A stretch of 64,000 bases of DNA from NCBI RefSeq assembly GCF_003918875.1, contig NW_025766836.1, positions 744,001 through 808,000 on the forward strand. The letters are read 5' to 3'. Shown here in pieces: positions 51,096 through 64,000 of this stretch; positions within the stretch are counted from its first letter, which is position 1, and each line of letters begins with the position of its first letter. The position numbers and the translations under genes are program-made. The notes beneath the pieces were generated by a model. That model saw nothing but the letters and a program-made list of their open reading frames with translations, was not told the origin of the DNA and ran no database searches. This DNA is from Haliotis rubra (Eukaryota).

Positions 51096-52082
51096 CCTCT
51101 TCACATTTATATTACTTTAGTTAATATAAAAAAACTGATTGCCAAGATATTCAACCTATAAATTGATAAAGTGTTATGACCCCGTCAGTGACAGTATATA
51201 CCTTGATGCCAGTTTTTTGCATTACAAGCCCAAGTGCCTCCAATGATGTCAACATACAAGAGTATATTCACGTAATCCATCCACAAGAATTGAAATCAAG
51301 AAAACAGCTGAGATGCCTTATTCAGATTCATTTAATGGATCAGTGCAAAATATTTGTTTGTTTGTTTGTTTGTTTGTTTGTTTGTTTGTTGCATTCAGCA
51401 ATATCCAGTCTGATGGCGGTCTATACATATTCAAGTCTAGACCAGACAATTCAGTGATCAACAGCATGAGCATAGGACTACGCAATTGGGATGCGATGTG
51501 CCAAACAATTCAGCGAGCCTGACCACCCAATCATCCCGTTAGTCGCCTTACGACAAGCATGGGTTGCTGAAGATCAATTCTAATCCAGATCTTCACGGGT
51601 GATAATGTTGTATCATTGGATGCTCTGTTCGGTCCAGACTGTATAATGCTTGCTGCAGAGACAGTCAACTGATGATATGAAAACGAATGTTTATTTGTCA
51701 TTTAGTTTTCAAGTAGTAACAAATGTTATATGTAGTGAGCAATAATAAGAGAGCCTGTCCTCGAAGCTGCGTTGGTTGATCGTTTGCACATGGTAAAGTA
51801 GTTGAATTAAAGCGAGATTTTACCTTGCCCGTTACACTGATACAAAAATTCTAAAATCGAAAGACACACATATGAATTTGTCATAATAAAGTAGTTATGT
51901 CGAGCCAAATATTAAATTCAGCATAGAAAAGTCTAATGTCGAAGACACAAAGGTGACTGAATTTTTGCTGACTGAACCAATATCAAATATACACGTCTTA
52001 AAATAAACCATGTTGTTTCACTATTTTCCCAACTAAAACTATAAATGATTTGAACTTTCCTCAAAATTTTAACGACATCACG

Positions 52083-53257
52083 TCACAGAAAATACACCTC
52101 TTTTTCCAAGGCGAATCGTTCCTCGTCAGTCGTTAAGTCTTTATACTTGGCAATCTCCCCGACCCTTTTGCATTTCACGAACCACGTGACCAGCTCGCTG
52201 CCCAGGGCATCCACCAATGCCTCGTCCTGTTCCAATTCCACCAGAGCTTCAGACAGAGAGTTGGGGAGGGTCTCGGCGTTCTCCCTCTGCCCCGGGGGTG
52301 GACACTCCAGTTCGTTCATCACACCGTCGAGTCCAGCGGCAATGGTTGACGCCACGATGAGGTAAGGGTTGCTTTTTCCGCTAGGCAGTCTGTTCTCGAT
52401 GTATGTACTCGACGGACCGTCGTTCTTGATTCGGAAACATGCTCCACGATCTTCTATACCCCAGGTTACTGTTGACGGGAAGTACGGCTGATGAAGTCGC
52501 CTGTAGCAGTTAACGGTGGGACTGGTAAAAGCGCACAGGGCTCTACTGTGCTTCATAATGCCAGCAATCCACTGTTTGGCAATAAGAGATAGATTATCAG
52601 GAGCGACAGCATCATAGAAAAGGCTGTCTCCAGATTTGTTCCAGAGAGAAAAATTAAAATGAGCTCCAATTCCAGTGGGTGTTTTCTCATTGTCCGGCTT
52701 TGACATGAACGTGACAGTAACATTTTTCGAATCTGACATTTCCATGAGACCTTGTTTCAGGTTTAACGCCATATCCGGGCACTCTATGCCATATTTGGGT
52801 CTGGTCACTGCTTCAAACATCCCAGGACCAAACTCCGGGTGGTAACGTTCTACATCGATGTTGGATCTTCTGAAGTTTTTGTCAAAATGAAGTAAAATGT
52901 TGGCGTACTTGTTCAGTGTCCTTTGGCAGTAAGCTTCTTCGCCATCAAATACTGGTTCCAGTGTTTCCTTATTCACCATTCTAAATTCAATTTCATAACC
53001 AGAATACAATTTGCATCCAAGTTCGTCCAACCTGTTCAGCTGTTTCCTAGCAACGTATCGCGGACACGCTTCCTGCGGAACACCGCCTTTCTTCCATCGA
53101 GGTTCGCACAACATTTCAGCGACCTTGACCCCATCGGCAACCCATGGGACCGGCCTCAGCGTTTCAACGTCGGGAAAACACAACATGTTGCCAGCGTTGT
53201 TGTTCCTGGGGTCATCCATTAAAACTTGTTCTGTTCTTGGACCAGCTAACAGGAACC
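52083..53257 (-). CDS. LGSN: Glutamine synthetase I-like / lengsin-like protein, exon 2 (catalytic domain)
   Basis: GYEIEF, HPEFGPGMFE, TFMSKP, GAHFNFSLW, NCYRRL, TWGIEDR, IENRLP, NPYL motifs; acceptor TTTTTTCAG ending 53258 joins exon 1 in frame (441 aa total); AATAAA at 51690. Confidence 0.92.
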
Positions 53258-53979
53258 CTGAAAAAATATGGTTCTGATGATGAGTACATGCACTTCTTTG
53301 TAGCTGGGGCCGTGGGGTAGCCTAGTGGTTACAGCGTTGGCTCGTCACTTCAAAGTCCCCGGTTTGATTCCCCACATGGGTACAATGTGTGAAGCCCATT
53401 TCTGGTATCCCCCGCCGTGATATTACTGGGATATTGCTAAAAGCAGCGTAAAAATAAACTCACTCACTCACTCTTTGTAACTGAAAAACTAAAATCAGCG
53501 TAAATGTCTACTGGCTCATTCACTACACCAAAATTTGAGTAGTGAAAGCGTTCTTCGAAGTTCGAATACTGATTTCCTGTCATTCGCAAGTAAGGCAATT
53601 TATATGATCGGTTCACGTATTCCGAGTCTTTGACAGAACAGACCTTTATTTAGAACTCATCATGTGAGGTACAAATGCACATTATATAGAAAACAATTTT
53701 ACATGATGGCGGGGAGGGTTTGCCGGAGGAATTAACACATTTCTTCATAATGCTACAATATTTACTTAATATTTTCATGAGACCATGTTTTCAGTGGGAG
53801 AGAGCGTGAAATTTAATCGTATTGGGTCGAATAGTGTCAGACTTTTGCAAGTCCTTCATACGTTCAGCATTAAAGAATGGACAAGAAAATATAATGGTAT
53901 ACATCACCAATATTGGCAATTTACAGAGATGACATTTTCTGTCTGTGACAGGATTTCAATACGGCATTTATCATATACG

Positions 53980-54024
53980 CTCATATGACGACGTGCATGC
54001 ATGCGTGCGTGCGTGCGTGCGTGC

Positions 54025-54068
<44 letters not shown>

Positions 54069-54300
54069 CATCAGCTGGTTTTATAGTGATAGCTCACTGA
54101 GATACCATGCCGCAGTGAAGCATGAATGCCCCACTCAGACACATTATACTGACTCCAGTCCTTGTTGTACCCATTAATGCCGAGCGCCAGGCAGGGAACA
54201 ACAAGTACCATATTTTAACGTCTTTTTTGGTATGACACGGCCGGGGATCGAACCCGCGACCGGGCGGACGGTCTAACCACCACACCACGGAGGCGGTCTC
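53980..54300 (-). mobile_element. SINE family C (Meta-like) with internal (CA)n/(GCAC)n microsatellite, in the GS-like intron
   Basis: Reverse complement of 13761-14069. Confidence 0.75.
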
Positions 54301-55351
54301 ACATGTATACTTAAATAGTATCTGCATGTACATCTACACAACGGGTATTGCGAAGCATTCACAAATGAGTAGATAGCTATCTGAGAGATTGAGTGATTAG
54401 GGACTGGCTGCTTATTTATTTTCGGTTCATTGCAGAAAGAGTGAGTGAGCGAGTTTAGTTTTACGCCGCACTCAGCAATATTCCAGTTTAATGGCGGCGG
54501 TCTGTAAATAATCGAGTCTGGACTGGACAATCCAGTGATCAACAGCATGAGCATCGATCTACGCAATTGGGATACAATGACATGTGTCAACCAAGTCAGC
54601 GAGCCTGACCACCCAATCCCATTAGTTGCCTCTTACGACAAGCATGGGTTACTGGAGACCATCTCTAACCCAGATCTATGAACTGTATGAACCCGTACAC
54701 CCTCCGCGTATGTTGTTTTATTCCGTAGTGGTGAAAGTAGTCCGCTTTTGTGACCGTGGCTTGCATTGTTACATTCATTCCGAAATGAATGCTATAACAC
54801 GTGACCGGGAATTACAACGAACACAAGGAACATCTGTTCAAACATAGCTCAAAATCAATTGGTTTCACATCATATAATCTGCGGTTCAGTAAAGTTTGTA
54901 TGTTCCCAGTTTCTAAACTTACCATAATAAATAGCAATATGACTTACTCTTATTTTAAACATGTTTTTTTATAATGACAAAGAGATTATTAGCATCGAAT
55001 GTTTCCGAATGTAAATCGAAAATTTACAAAATATGTTGACTTTTTAACTAAGTGATGGGTGTATTGTCAATCGACGATACACAACGCAAGTCATCGATAG
55101 TTTGATCAGTTCCTGACATCCCTCCACCCACACTTCCCACGGCAAGAAGGGAATTGTACTTGTAAAGAGTGTGAGTGAGTGAGTTCAGTTTTACGCTGCA
55201 ATATTCCAGTTCTAGCAAAATCAAGACCGGGAACACCTGAAATAGGCTTCACATATTTTTCATTGGGGAATCAAACCCGGGTCTTCGGTGTGACGAGCGA
55301 ACGCTTTAACCACTAGACTACCTACTATTGAACACGTAAGAATTGACATAC

Positions 55352-55502
55352 CTTCAAACATCCCTAGACCGTTGTCCAAGTAACTAGCCGCGTGGCGTCC
55401 GGCCACCAGCTGGCCACGATACGTGCCGTTCAGGTCGCACAGGGACAGTCGGACGTAGTCGTATTGGGTTATCTCTTTCTTGACCCCTTCTAGTTTGGAC
55501 AT
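55352..55502 (-). CDS. LGSN: Glutamine synthetase I-like / lengsin-like protein, exon 1 (beta-grasp N-terminus)
   Basis: MSKLEG..YVRLSLCDLNGTYRGQLV..GLGMFE; phase-1 donor G|GTATGT at 55351; TATATAA (minus strand) at 55586-55592. Confidence 0.88.
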
Positions 55503-55689
55503 CGTGATAATGAGATCGGACGAAATCACATCTTATCAGAACACTGTCCATCAGCTTCTGTTGCTGAATGCTACTTCTGCATCACTTATATAGGCTACCA
55601 TTATTGGGTAATTAAATGCCATATGTTACATGTTGGGGGTAATTGTCTACGTTCTTTGCTCGACCGCTATTGGTCTAACGAGGGAAGGG

Positions 55690-56157
55690 GGAAGTGCCAT
55701 CAAGAACTTATTTGGTAAACATGGTTTGGTATCTTTTGAAGATTTGAAAAATAAGCATGGGATAAAGGGTACATCTTTGGATCTTGAATATATTTTGTAT
55801 ATTTTCCCTGAATCATGGAAAAAGACCTTAAAAGGATACAGATTTATACATACGAATGATCGCAATATAGATTTCTTACAAAGGGATTTCATGACTTCAA
55901 CAAAAGGTTCAAGAAAATTTTGATAAGCTCCTGTCTAACAATGTTAAACTTCATGTTGCCATAAATGGAAAATTTAATTGAAAATATTGATTTTGAATGT
56001 CACATCTTTAAGAGAGAAATTAAAATAAATGCTGTACCGTGCTTCACCTTCAGTGTTTGGGAATGAGAACTTTGAACCTTATTGAATCAGCCTCCCTTTT
56101 AAACAACGCATTTGTTTGACAAAACTGGGAACATGCAAGTATAGATTACCGGTTGAA
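55690..56157 (+). mobile_element. Degraded LINE ORF2 C-terminal fragments
   Basis: LVSFEDLKNKHGI...FPESWKKTLK (L1/Tx1-like) and LPFKQRICLTKLGTCKYRLPVE (CR1-group-like). Confidence 0.45.
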
Positions 56158-56273
56158 TGAGTGAGTTGGGTTTTACGCCGATTTTAGCAATATTCCAGCA
56201 ATATCAGGGCAGGGACACCAGAAATGGGCTTCACACATTGTACCTATGTGGGGAATGAAACCGTGTGTGTGTG

Positions 56274-56316
<43 letters not shown>

Positions 56317-57357
56317 ATTCTGTCGATGTTTATTTATATTATTGCGATCACCGACGGCCTCCATTCCTGTCATTTCATACCATGCCTCATATTTTCCTCT
56401 CCAAGAACATAAACATAATATACTGACGTACATAAGAAAGTACACACCTGGTGTTTTGGGACTATTCCCATTAAAACCATAAATACTTTGCTAGCAATGT
56501 TGTAATTGGGTACAATATCTGTGGTGTTGTGGAAACACTTGCACAATGTTTGTGACAAGGCAGAATCAAAACCCTTTTTAAATATTAATGCAGTTTTAAA
56601 GAAAATATTTTACCAAAGAATCAGGTGTGTACTTTCTTTTGAACGTCAGTTTATATAGTCACTTGATTGTGAATCTTTTTACCGACACGTCGGGGTAGAA
56701 TGCTATTTTCGCCAGCGAAGACCAAGAGTCAAATTATTACTCATTCCTGTAAATGTTAGTCTCAGTTTTTATACATCATGATGCATATGTACATGCTATA
56801 CTTTATGACTCCTGAAACGAGTATAGACTCGTGAAGATCCGGGGTAGAATATAGGTCTTCAGCAACCCATGCTTGCCACAAAAGGCGACTATGCTTGTCG
56901 TAAGAGGCGACTAACGGGACCGGGTGGTCAGGCTCGCTGACTTGGTTGACACATGTCATCGGTTTCCAATTGCGCAGATCGATGCTCATGCTGTTGATCA
57001 CTGGATTGTCTAGTCCAGACTCGATTATTTACAGACCGCCGTCATGTAGCTGGAATAATGCTGAGTGCGGCGTAAAACTAAACTCACTCACTGAAACGAG
57101 TATGTATATCGTCACACGGCTATTCTACTACGAGGAAGAGCATCTGTCTTTTAAAACCACGCTCAGACATATGTCACGCTGTAAATAATCGAGTCCGGAC
57201 CAGACAATCAACTGATTTCCATTACGAGCATCGATCAAGTCAAGTCTGACCACCAATCAGCTTCTCCCATTAGCTGTTTCTTATGACAAGCATTGGTTGT
57301 TGAAGACGCTACTCAAGAATAACAGACCACCTGCAAGTGTCCGAACTACAACACTCA

Positions 57358-57393
<36 letters not shown>

Positions 57394-60162
57394 CTTAACG
57401 CACACACGTCACACATAGAATTAAGCAATAAAATATTGCAGAGTGAGAGAGTAAAGGTATAACACTGATTTTAGCAATATTCCAGCAATATCACGGCGGA
57501 GGACACCAGAAATAGGTTTCGCGCTGTGTGCCAAAGTGGAGACTCAAACCCTGTTCTTTGGCGTGACGAGCGAACGCTGTAACCACTAGGCTACCCCACC
57601 GCCCCTCTTGCAAAGTGACAACAAACGTTGTCCATTGTAACGTATGTTATGGGATTACACTTTCTCAGTTACGTACACAGATTATAATACTTTTATTGGG
57701 TTGAGTCCAATCCGGAATTCGAACCCAGGCAATGCACCTTATCGCTAGCTCGCAAAATCAGCACTCTAGCCCACTCAGCTACCGCAACTTCCACATAATG
57801 GAAGTCGGAGAACTGGTTATCTTTGTGTACACCTCTGACAAGTGTTAATTGGCTCCCACGGCCGAAAGTTGTCTGTCATACAGACTCCGAAACAAATACA
57901 TATCCAAGAAAGCCCCTGCAAGTATAGATTTCCACAGTTTCTGAAAATGAAGAAAGTCTCTGGGCTCCTTTTTATTATATTTTATGATTATAATTTAGTA
58001 ACTGTTTTTTTTCTGTAAAACATGTTCATTTCAGAGACTAGTTGTTAGTCAAGGCTGAAAGCTGTGAGGGTGTCCTCTCACTTAGCCAGATTCTGTCAAA
58101 ACAGGTTTCTCACATAGCCAGAGTGGGATTTGGCTGACTAATTAGTGAAATGTGTATCAAAGTGAGATACATTGGTATTTTATTATTTGAATTTTTTTTT
58201 AGGATTTGAGGAAATGCTCAATTGGTGACATAAGTGACATTTGTGTTTAAGTGAGATACAAATGTACATTGATATGGTATTATTTGAATTCTCTTGGGGG
58301 ATTTCAGGAAATGCTCAATTAGTGATATTAGTTAAATGATTTTCACTAGTCCAAGATTAATTATGCAAAAATAATTATTATTCCAAGCACACACATTTAG
58401 GCCTCTGGTTTCAAAAAGACGCAAATTGGACTGCACAGATAAATTCTGTACTTACGCCAATGATAAATTGTTTAAGGAGTTACAAATACCGATTATCTAG
58501 AAAAACACAATTCGTAATGTATAAATCCTATATTCTGCCATTAATTGATCCAGTTATCACTGTAAAAATAGTGTTAGGCATTAAATATATATGCGTTAAT
58601 ATGTTAAATATTTAACACCTCCCCACCGTTTATACGGAAACCTCAGGTGTTGATTTGCCAACGGAATATTGATGTTAATCATATAACACAGGCGTTAATG
58701 TGTTGATTTGCCAACGTTGATAATCATATAACACCTATGTACATCTTCAAACAATGTCAATGCACAGCGATGAGTACGATAGATCTTGTTGTTAATGAAA
58801 ATGTGTATCATATTAGATATGGTAATGTGTTCGAAATATTTAAAAATAACTAATCTTACCTCAAACATTTTGGTTAAATGTGCTGTACAGCTGGAAAGTT
58901 GGTCTAAAGTTATTGCCCCTCTAACTAATCTAATTGAAATAACATTGGGCTAAATGGAATAAGATGTCGTACTCCTTGTTTTACACATACACGTAATATT
59001 ACTTGCATACAAGTACGACTTACGTAATATTATTAACATCAGTGTTCATTTATTTACACCAGTGTTAATATATCTCTCTTCTTTATTAACATTATAGTGT
59101 TAATCTGTCAACGCAAGCGTGCCTCGATACATTTTGGCGCCAATGAATGGTGATCGAGGCAATCGCTGCATCTCTACTGGCCTCATATTACATGATACCT
59201 AGACATTCTTTAGATATCTTCAAATGGATGTCAGCATGTTCAAAACGCAGTGATTTCAATGCGAATATCGTCTGTCAACTCGCGCGATCGTAGCCGAAAG
59301 ACGTAAACGCTTTGATGAGGCAATAAGTTATTTTTAGAATGTGGCGTGCCAGTTCGCTAAAAAAGTAGGGAAAAGTGGTAACCCACACACGGGATATATT
59401 AGTATCATTTTCATTATTTCCATGAAAAATAGGTATCACTTATTGAGACAGGACATTAAGTTTGTATGTAACATGACATTGTGACAAATGAACCAAGGGA
59501 GGTAACTCTACGGCTACAGTGCCGTCATCTTCCAAAAGTGCCGTCAAACGTCATCTACGGGGTTTACACATTCCACTGCACGATCCTCGCCATTTTTAGA
59601 AGACTGGGCAAGCTGACGTTGTCATTATTCTCCCAAGGTAAGCGCTATGCGAAAATATAGTACACACATTGATGACATTGCGAAGATAATGTTCACATAT
59701 TAATGTTTACATGTTGTATTGATGCTGGAAGTCTAAGATCATGTGTAAACAGTGAGTCATAACCTAGACTGGGCAACCACATAGTCAAATGGGTGGTGTA
59801 CGTTTATCTAAAACATCTGAATCAGTGCAACTCCCAGTCAGGTAAACAAAACAATGTTATGAACTTATCCTACTTGGAACTTCAGGTGAGTATTTCAACT
59901 CAAATATTTATTGTATCATTGTAGATTTAAATCGAGTATATTGTTCACTGGGAAAATGTAATTCAATATTCTTGACAGGAACCGAGAAATTGACCTGTCT
60001 GACTTTCTGGAATTATGATCTACAAACAATAAGATGAGAGAAATAAATACATTCGAACATCATTACATTTCCATTATGGTTCTGACCTAACCTAAATGTG
60101 GTCTTCAGGTTCCCACTTACTTCCACATTAAGTGACATGATACTTTCATTTTGTTTCAGCAG

Positions 60163-63038
60163 ATCTCTCAAGCCGCAGTCTACTGTCTGCGCTGCCAACA
60201 CCAGACAGGATCCCCCTTCCTGATCTTACACCTACTACGATTGCAGCCCTTCAAGCAGGTGAAAGGAGCAGCCAGATTTTTAACTCTGTATTGAAGCAGT
60301 GTGAAACAGTTTACACAACTGTTTATCCATCAATGTCATCTTCACCATACTATCAATCAATCGTCAGGAGGATGGTGGCAAAATATCCTTCATTGGCCTA
60401 TGCACATGGCAAGACACTTTGGGTAAGTTTGAGTTGGCTTCAGTTTATATCTCTTATTCAGTGATGTAGTGTCAAAAGTGCATACATACTGATAGTTCAC
60501 ATATCCCAAGTACTCGACTTTTACCAATTTCAACATATATAGGCTCTTGTATTACAGAACTTGATATTCTGTGATTCTTTTTGTTTTATCACAGAGTAAT
60601 TATTTTCAGATAATGTTTTTGGTTGAACTGCATATGATTTAGAATTAGGTACTCTTCTGTTAGATTTCAGTAAGAGCTTGTGATTTAAAAGCACTCTTGT
60701 CTGAATGTTCTTTTCCTAAATAAATGCATGAGACTCAATACCCCCCAATTTGTGAATTCGTATAAAGGTAAAGTCAATATTATCTGTTTGCTATAACCAA
60801 GAAACACACTCCTTCCTTCTAATCGGAGGTTAAAACAAACTCTCCTATTGTGTCTTTTCAGAGCTTTTTGTGTCCAAATTGAGTCAGCGATGCCGCACCA
60901 ATAGATTTCAAAACAATGCAAAATCAACAAGACCTGCGCCTAAGGATTCTGAAGATGCACAACCTCAGAAGTTGTTCAAGATGGCTAATAAATCATCAGG
61001 TGTGACATCAGAGAAAGATTTTGCATCCCATCTTGATGAAATAAAGAAGGAATGGGAAGGAAAGCAATCAATTACTCATCTGCAAACTCTACTAAAACAG
61101 ACAAGACAATTCCGCAAAGAGTGGCAAACCACCTTGAAGCCTGGGAAGATTGAGCCCATTTTAGAAAAGTTCCCTTGTTTTGAGGAAGGATGCTTTGTAA
61201 GTATAAATCATTTGAGCTTATTCAACAGCAAATTTTTGTTTCAAATTTAGTTTCCCTAAAGTACTACCATGGACATCTTCATGTTTCCTTAAACCCTATT
61301 TATTATATACGGACATTACAGGTGTACAAAAGTACTTGTACAGTGTTAGCACATTAGTTGATTTATGGTCATTGTTGTTCTAGTGTTAATCTTATATTGA
61401 ACAAGCAGGCAAGCCCTGTTGCATGTCTTTGTGCCTCTTAATCATTAAATACATTCTAACATACTGTTTCAGTTGGTGTATGAATTCTTTTGCCAACGCA
61501 GTGATGATCCAGAGGAAGCGAGGGAAGAAATTGCCAGAAATATGAAATGGATAATGCACACTGTCGTATCTAAAAAAACTGCACCTGAGGCATGTATTAA
61601 TGGCTCCAGAAAACTCAAGATGTTTATTTTTTTCAATTTCTTGTTACAAGTTGCTTATATTATTTAATATCATAATTTAATATGTTTCTATTTAGATATG
61701 GTGAACTATCAAAATACTTAACTAATTTCACTAACCCTCTGTGATACCTTAATATGTTAATTAATATTGATTTGATATGGTTATTGTTTCAAACTGGGTT
61801 AACATGTAATTGGAAATTTTTATTTCAATAATTATTGTTTCAAATTTTCAGGGTACTGATGCTGAAAAAGCATCCAACTGTTCCGATTTGTAGAAGCTTG
61901 TTTCCAAGCAAAGGGCAAGGGTTTGAAGTCAAAGACCTGCATTACCATAGTCAATGTAAGATTTTTGAAAATGATGTTCTACTGTAAGTATTGTTACACT
62001 TGAAAACTGGTTTACTTCATTCCTGAAGTAAGTGCTTATGATCAGCTTTATGATAAATGGAAATGCATTAGACTGCAAGGACAGGTGATACCTTTATGAT
62101 AAAGATATATTTAAGATATTTTTTATTTGCAAATAGCAGTATAGTTAAGAATAGATGTTTCATTTACTTAATGCTGTTGTGAGATCAACTTGTAAACTGA
62201 CAATATTCAGCCGTAACAAAATGTTATTTTATGTTAACAGGATGTGAAGAGTGTGGAAACAGTTCCTCAAAAACATCTGCACAGCCAAGTGGAAGAGGCT
62301 CCTCATCTTGTGGTCTTCCTTGACAGCTCAAAACACATCCTATGCCAGTACATTGTGGAAGAGGCTCCTCATCTTGTGGTCTTTCTTGACAGCTCAAAAC
62401 ACATCCTATGCCAGTACATTGTGGGAGAGGCTCCTCATCTTGTGGTCTTCCTGGACAGCTCAAAACACATCCTATGCCAGTACATTGTGGAAGAGGCTCC
62501 TCATCTTGTGGTCTTTCTTGACAGCTCAAAACAGATCCTATGCCAGTACATTGTGGAAGAGGCTCCTCATCTTGTGGTCTTCCTTGACAGCTCAAAACAC
62601 ATCCTATGCCAGTACATTGTGGAAGAGGCTCCTCATCTTGTGGTCTTCCTTGACAGCTCAAAACACATCCTATGCCAGTACATTGTGGAAGAGGCTCCTC
62701 ATCTTGTGGTCTTCCTTGACAGCTCAAAACACATCCTATGCCAGTACATTGTGGAAGAGGCTCCTCATCTTGTGGTCTTCCTTGACAGCTCAAAACACAT
62801 CCTATGCCAATTCATTGTAGGAGACAATGTAAAGATTTTTCTTCAAACACAGTCATTGTTTGATGCAGTGATCAGTCTCCTTGGGAGTTACTATGTTTTG
62901 ATTTGGAGTACCCCTGCATATTGCCAGGTTCTTGGTCTGCTACAGCACTGGGTTGTATCTGACATATTTACTGGATCAAGGACATCCAATTGGATAAAGT
63001 TCAGTGATGAACTGACAAGATCCAAAGATAAACACTGA
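60163..63038 (+). CDS. Multi-exon SAMD3-like (EnSpm accessory-type) protein; exons ~60163-60422, ~60862-61196, 61473-~61589, 61852-61955, 62241-63038
   Basis: YPS...YQSIVRRMVAKYPSL..W, LQTLLKQTRQFRKEW..ILEKFPCF, SLFDAVISLLGSYYVL..LGLLQHWV; GT-AG sites flank most exons; one junction phase and one GC donor uncertain; start not located. Confidence 0.62.
62289..62816 (+). repeat. 66-bp coding minisatellite, 8 copies (VEEAPHLVVFLDSSKHILCQYI)
   Basis: Period 66 (62289, 62355, ...), in frame with unique coding sequence on both sides. Confidence 0.95.
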
Positions 63039-64000
63039 GATATTAGAATGTTTCCCAATCAAGCTTTGAACTTTCAAAAAATCTTTTGGGTAGTAATGCA
63101 GCAATGTATACCATTCTTTTATCCAATGGCATGATATTTCTCTAATAATATGTTAAAACAAAAGGTAAAAAAGTCAGTTATACCAGGGAACATCCCAAGG
63201 AGACCTTTGTGAAAGGAAACAGACTGATTCTTCCTTTAGTTTTCATTACAATGATGTTGTCTATTTCAAATTTATGCAAACTGCTGATATTCTAAAGAGA
63301 AAGATTATTATACAAATTATGAAAGCCAGTTTTGAAGAATTACTAATGATCTGCCTGGGAACATGTGTCCTGATATGACCATGAAGTTTGAACTTTTTTT
63401 ATGCTCTAATGCTCAAATGGAGAAAGAGAATAGTTTAATTTCAAGCTTTATCAGCGTTTAAAACTCAACTTTATTTGGCACTGTCTACCTTGTAATGTAT
63501 AACGATGGCTTTAAACAAAGCAGTAGTTTCACTAGTCCTTGGGCTACCTGTATTATTTGACAACTTGGACTGCACTATAGGACTAGTGCCAATTTTGATC
63601 CTATATTCTCAAAAAATGAAAGCACCATAGTATATTTCTGAAGGTGATGCCTACACTGTGCAGCTACTTTAGGTTACAAATAGCAATATTGTTTATATGT
63701 GTTGTCAGTGTTGCCCTTATATTGTTCATTGTCTGATAGTTGCAATATGTATTGCAATGTATCAGTTCTTTTCATTAATTAATGTATATATGCATACCAT
63801 TTTGATACGGTCCCAGCCGTGGAAGGAATGATTATCCTCAAAATACATGCCATTATCCATGTTCTGTTAAAATTCAGTCAAGCGTTCACCATTCTGTTCC
63901 TTAAGACTAAAGGATTAACAGTATTACCGGGTTATTTTTGCATGTGCCCTAAATAAATATGCAGTATTGTGAAGGATTCTGTGGACTCCTCTATCTGCCT

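Larger units (their letters stand above)
58558..64000 (+). mobile_element. CACTA/EnSpm-like DNA transposon, left part
   Basis: Terminus CACTGTAAAAA at 58558 with repeated GTGTTA/TAACAC subterminal motifs; carries a SAMD3-like accessory gene; right TIR not in window. Confidence 0.6.

Noticed and set aside
52083-55502. Bacterial contamination or recent horizontal transfer of glnA
   Set aside because: Has a GT-AG intron filled with host SINEs, a TATA box and a poly(A) signal; GSI-like/lengsin-like genes are known in animals

Overview
Repeat-rich animal genomic DNA. The SINE families suggest a mollusc, probably a gastropod such as abalone (inference). The main content is a cluster of six intact 89-aa dynein light chain LC8 (DYNLL) paralogs, called DLC1 (2138,+), DLC2 (7793,-), DLC3 (15462,-), DLC4 (25348,-), DLC5 (32205,-) and DLC6 (47254,-), plus an orphan inverted 3' UTR at ~46 kb. 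Each has a single coding exon preceded by a 5'-UTR intron. A rigidly spaced promoter module (RFX X-box-like site, CCAAT box, Staf/ZNF143 SBS motif) is visible for DLC2, 3 and 6. It is broken in DLC4 and DLC5, the two copies that also carry substitutions in the LC8 ligand groove. Further right are a two-exon glutamine-synthetase-I-like (lengsin-like) gene and the left part of a CACTA/EnSpm-like element whose accessory gene has an in-frame 8x22-aa repeat. Interspersed: a degenerate Rex1/Babar-type LINE, a Tc1 DD34E element, an Academ element with nested MITEs, many SINEs, a Penelope-type minimal hammerhead ribozyme motif, several minisatellites and two assembly gaps. All calls were made by eye; no searches were run.
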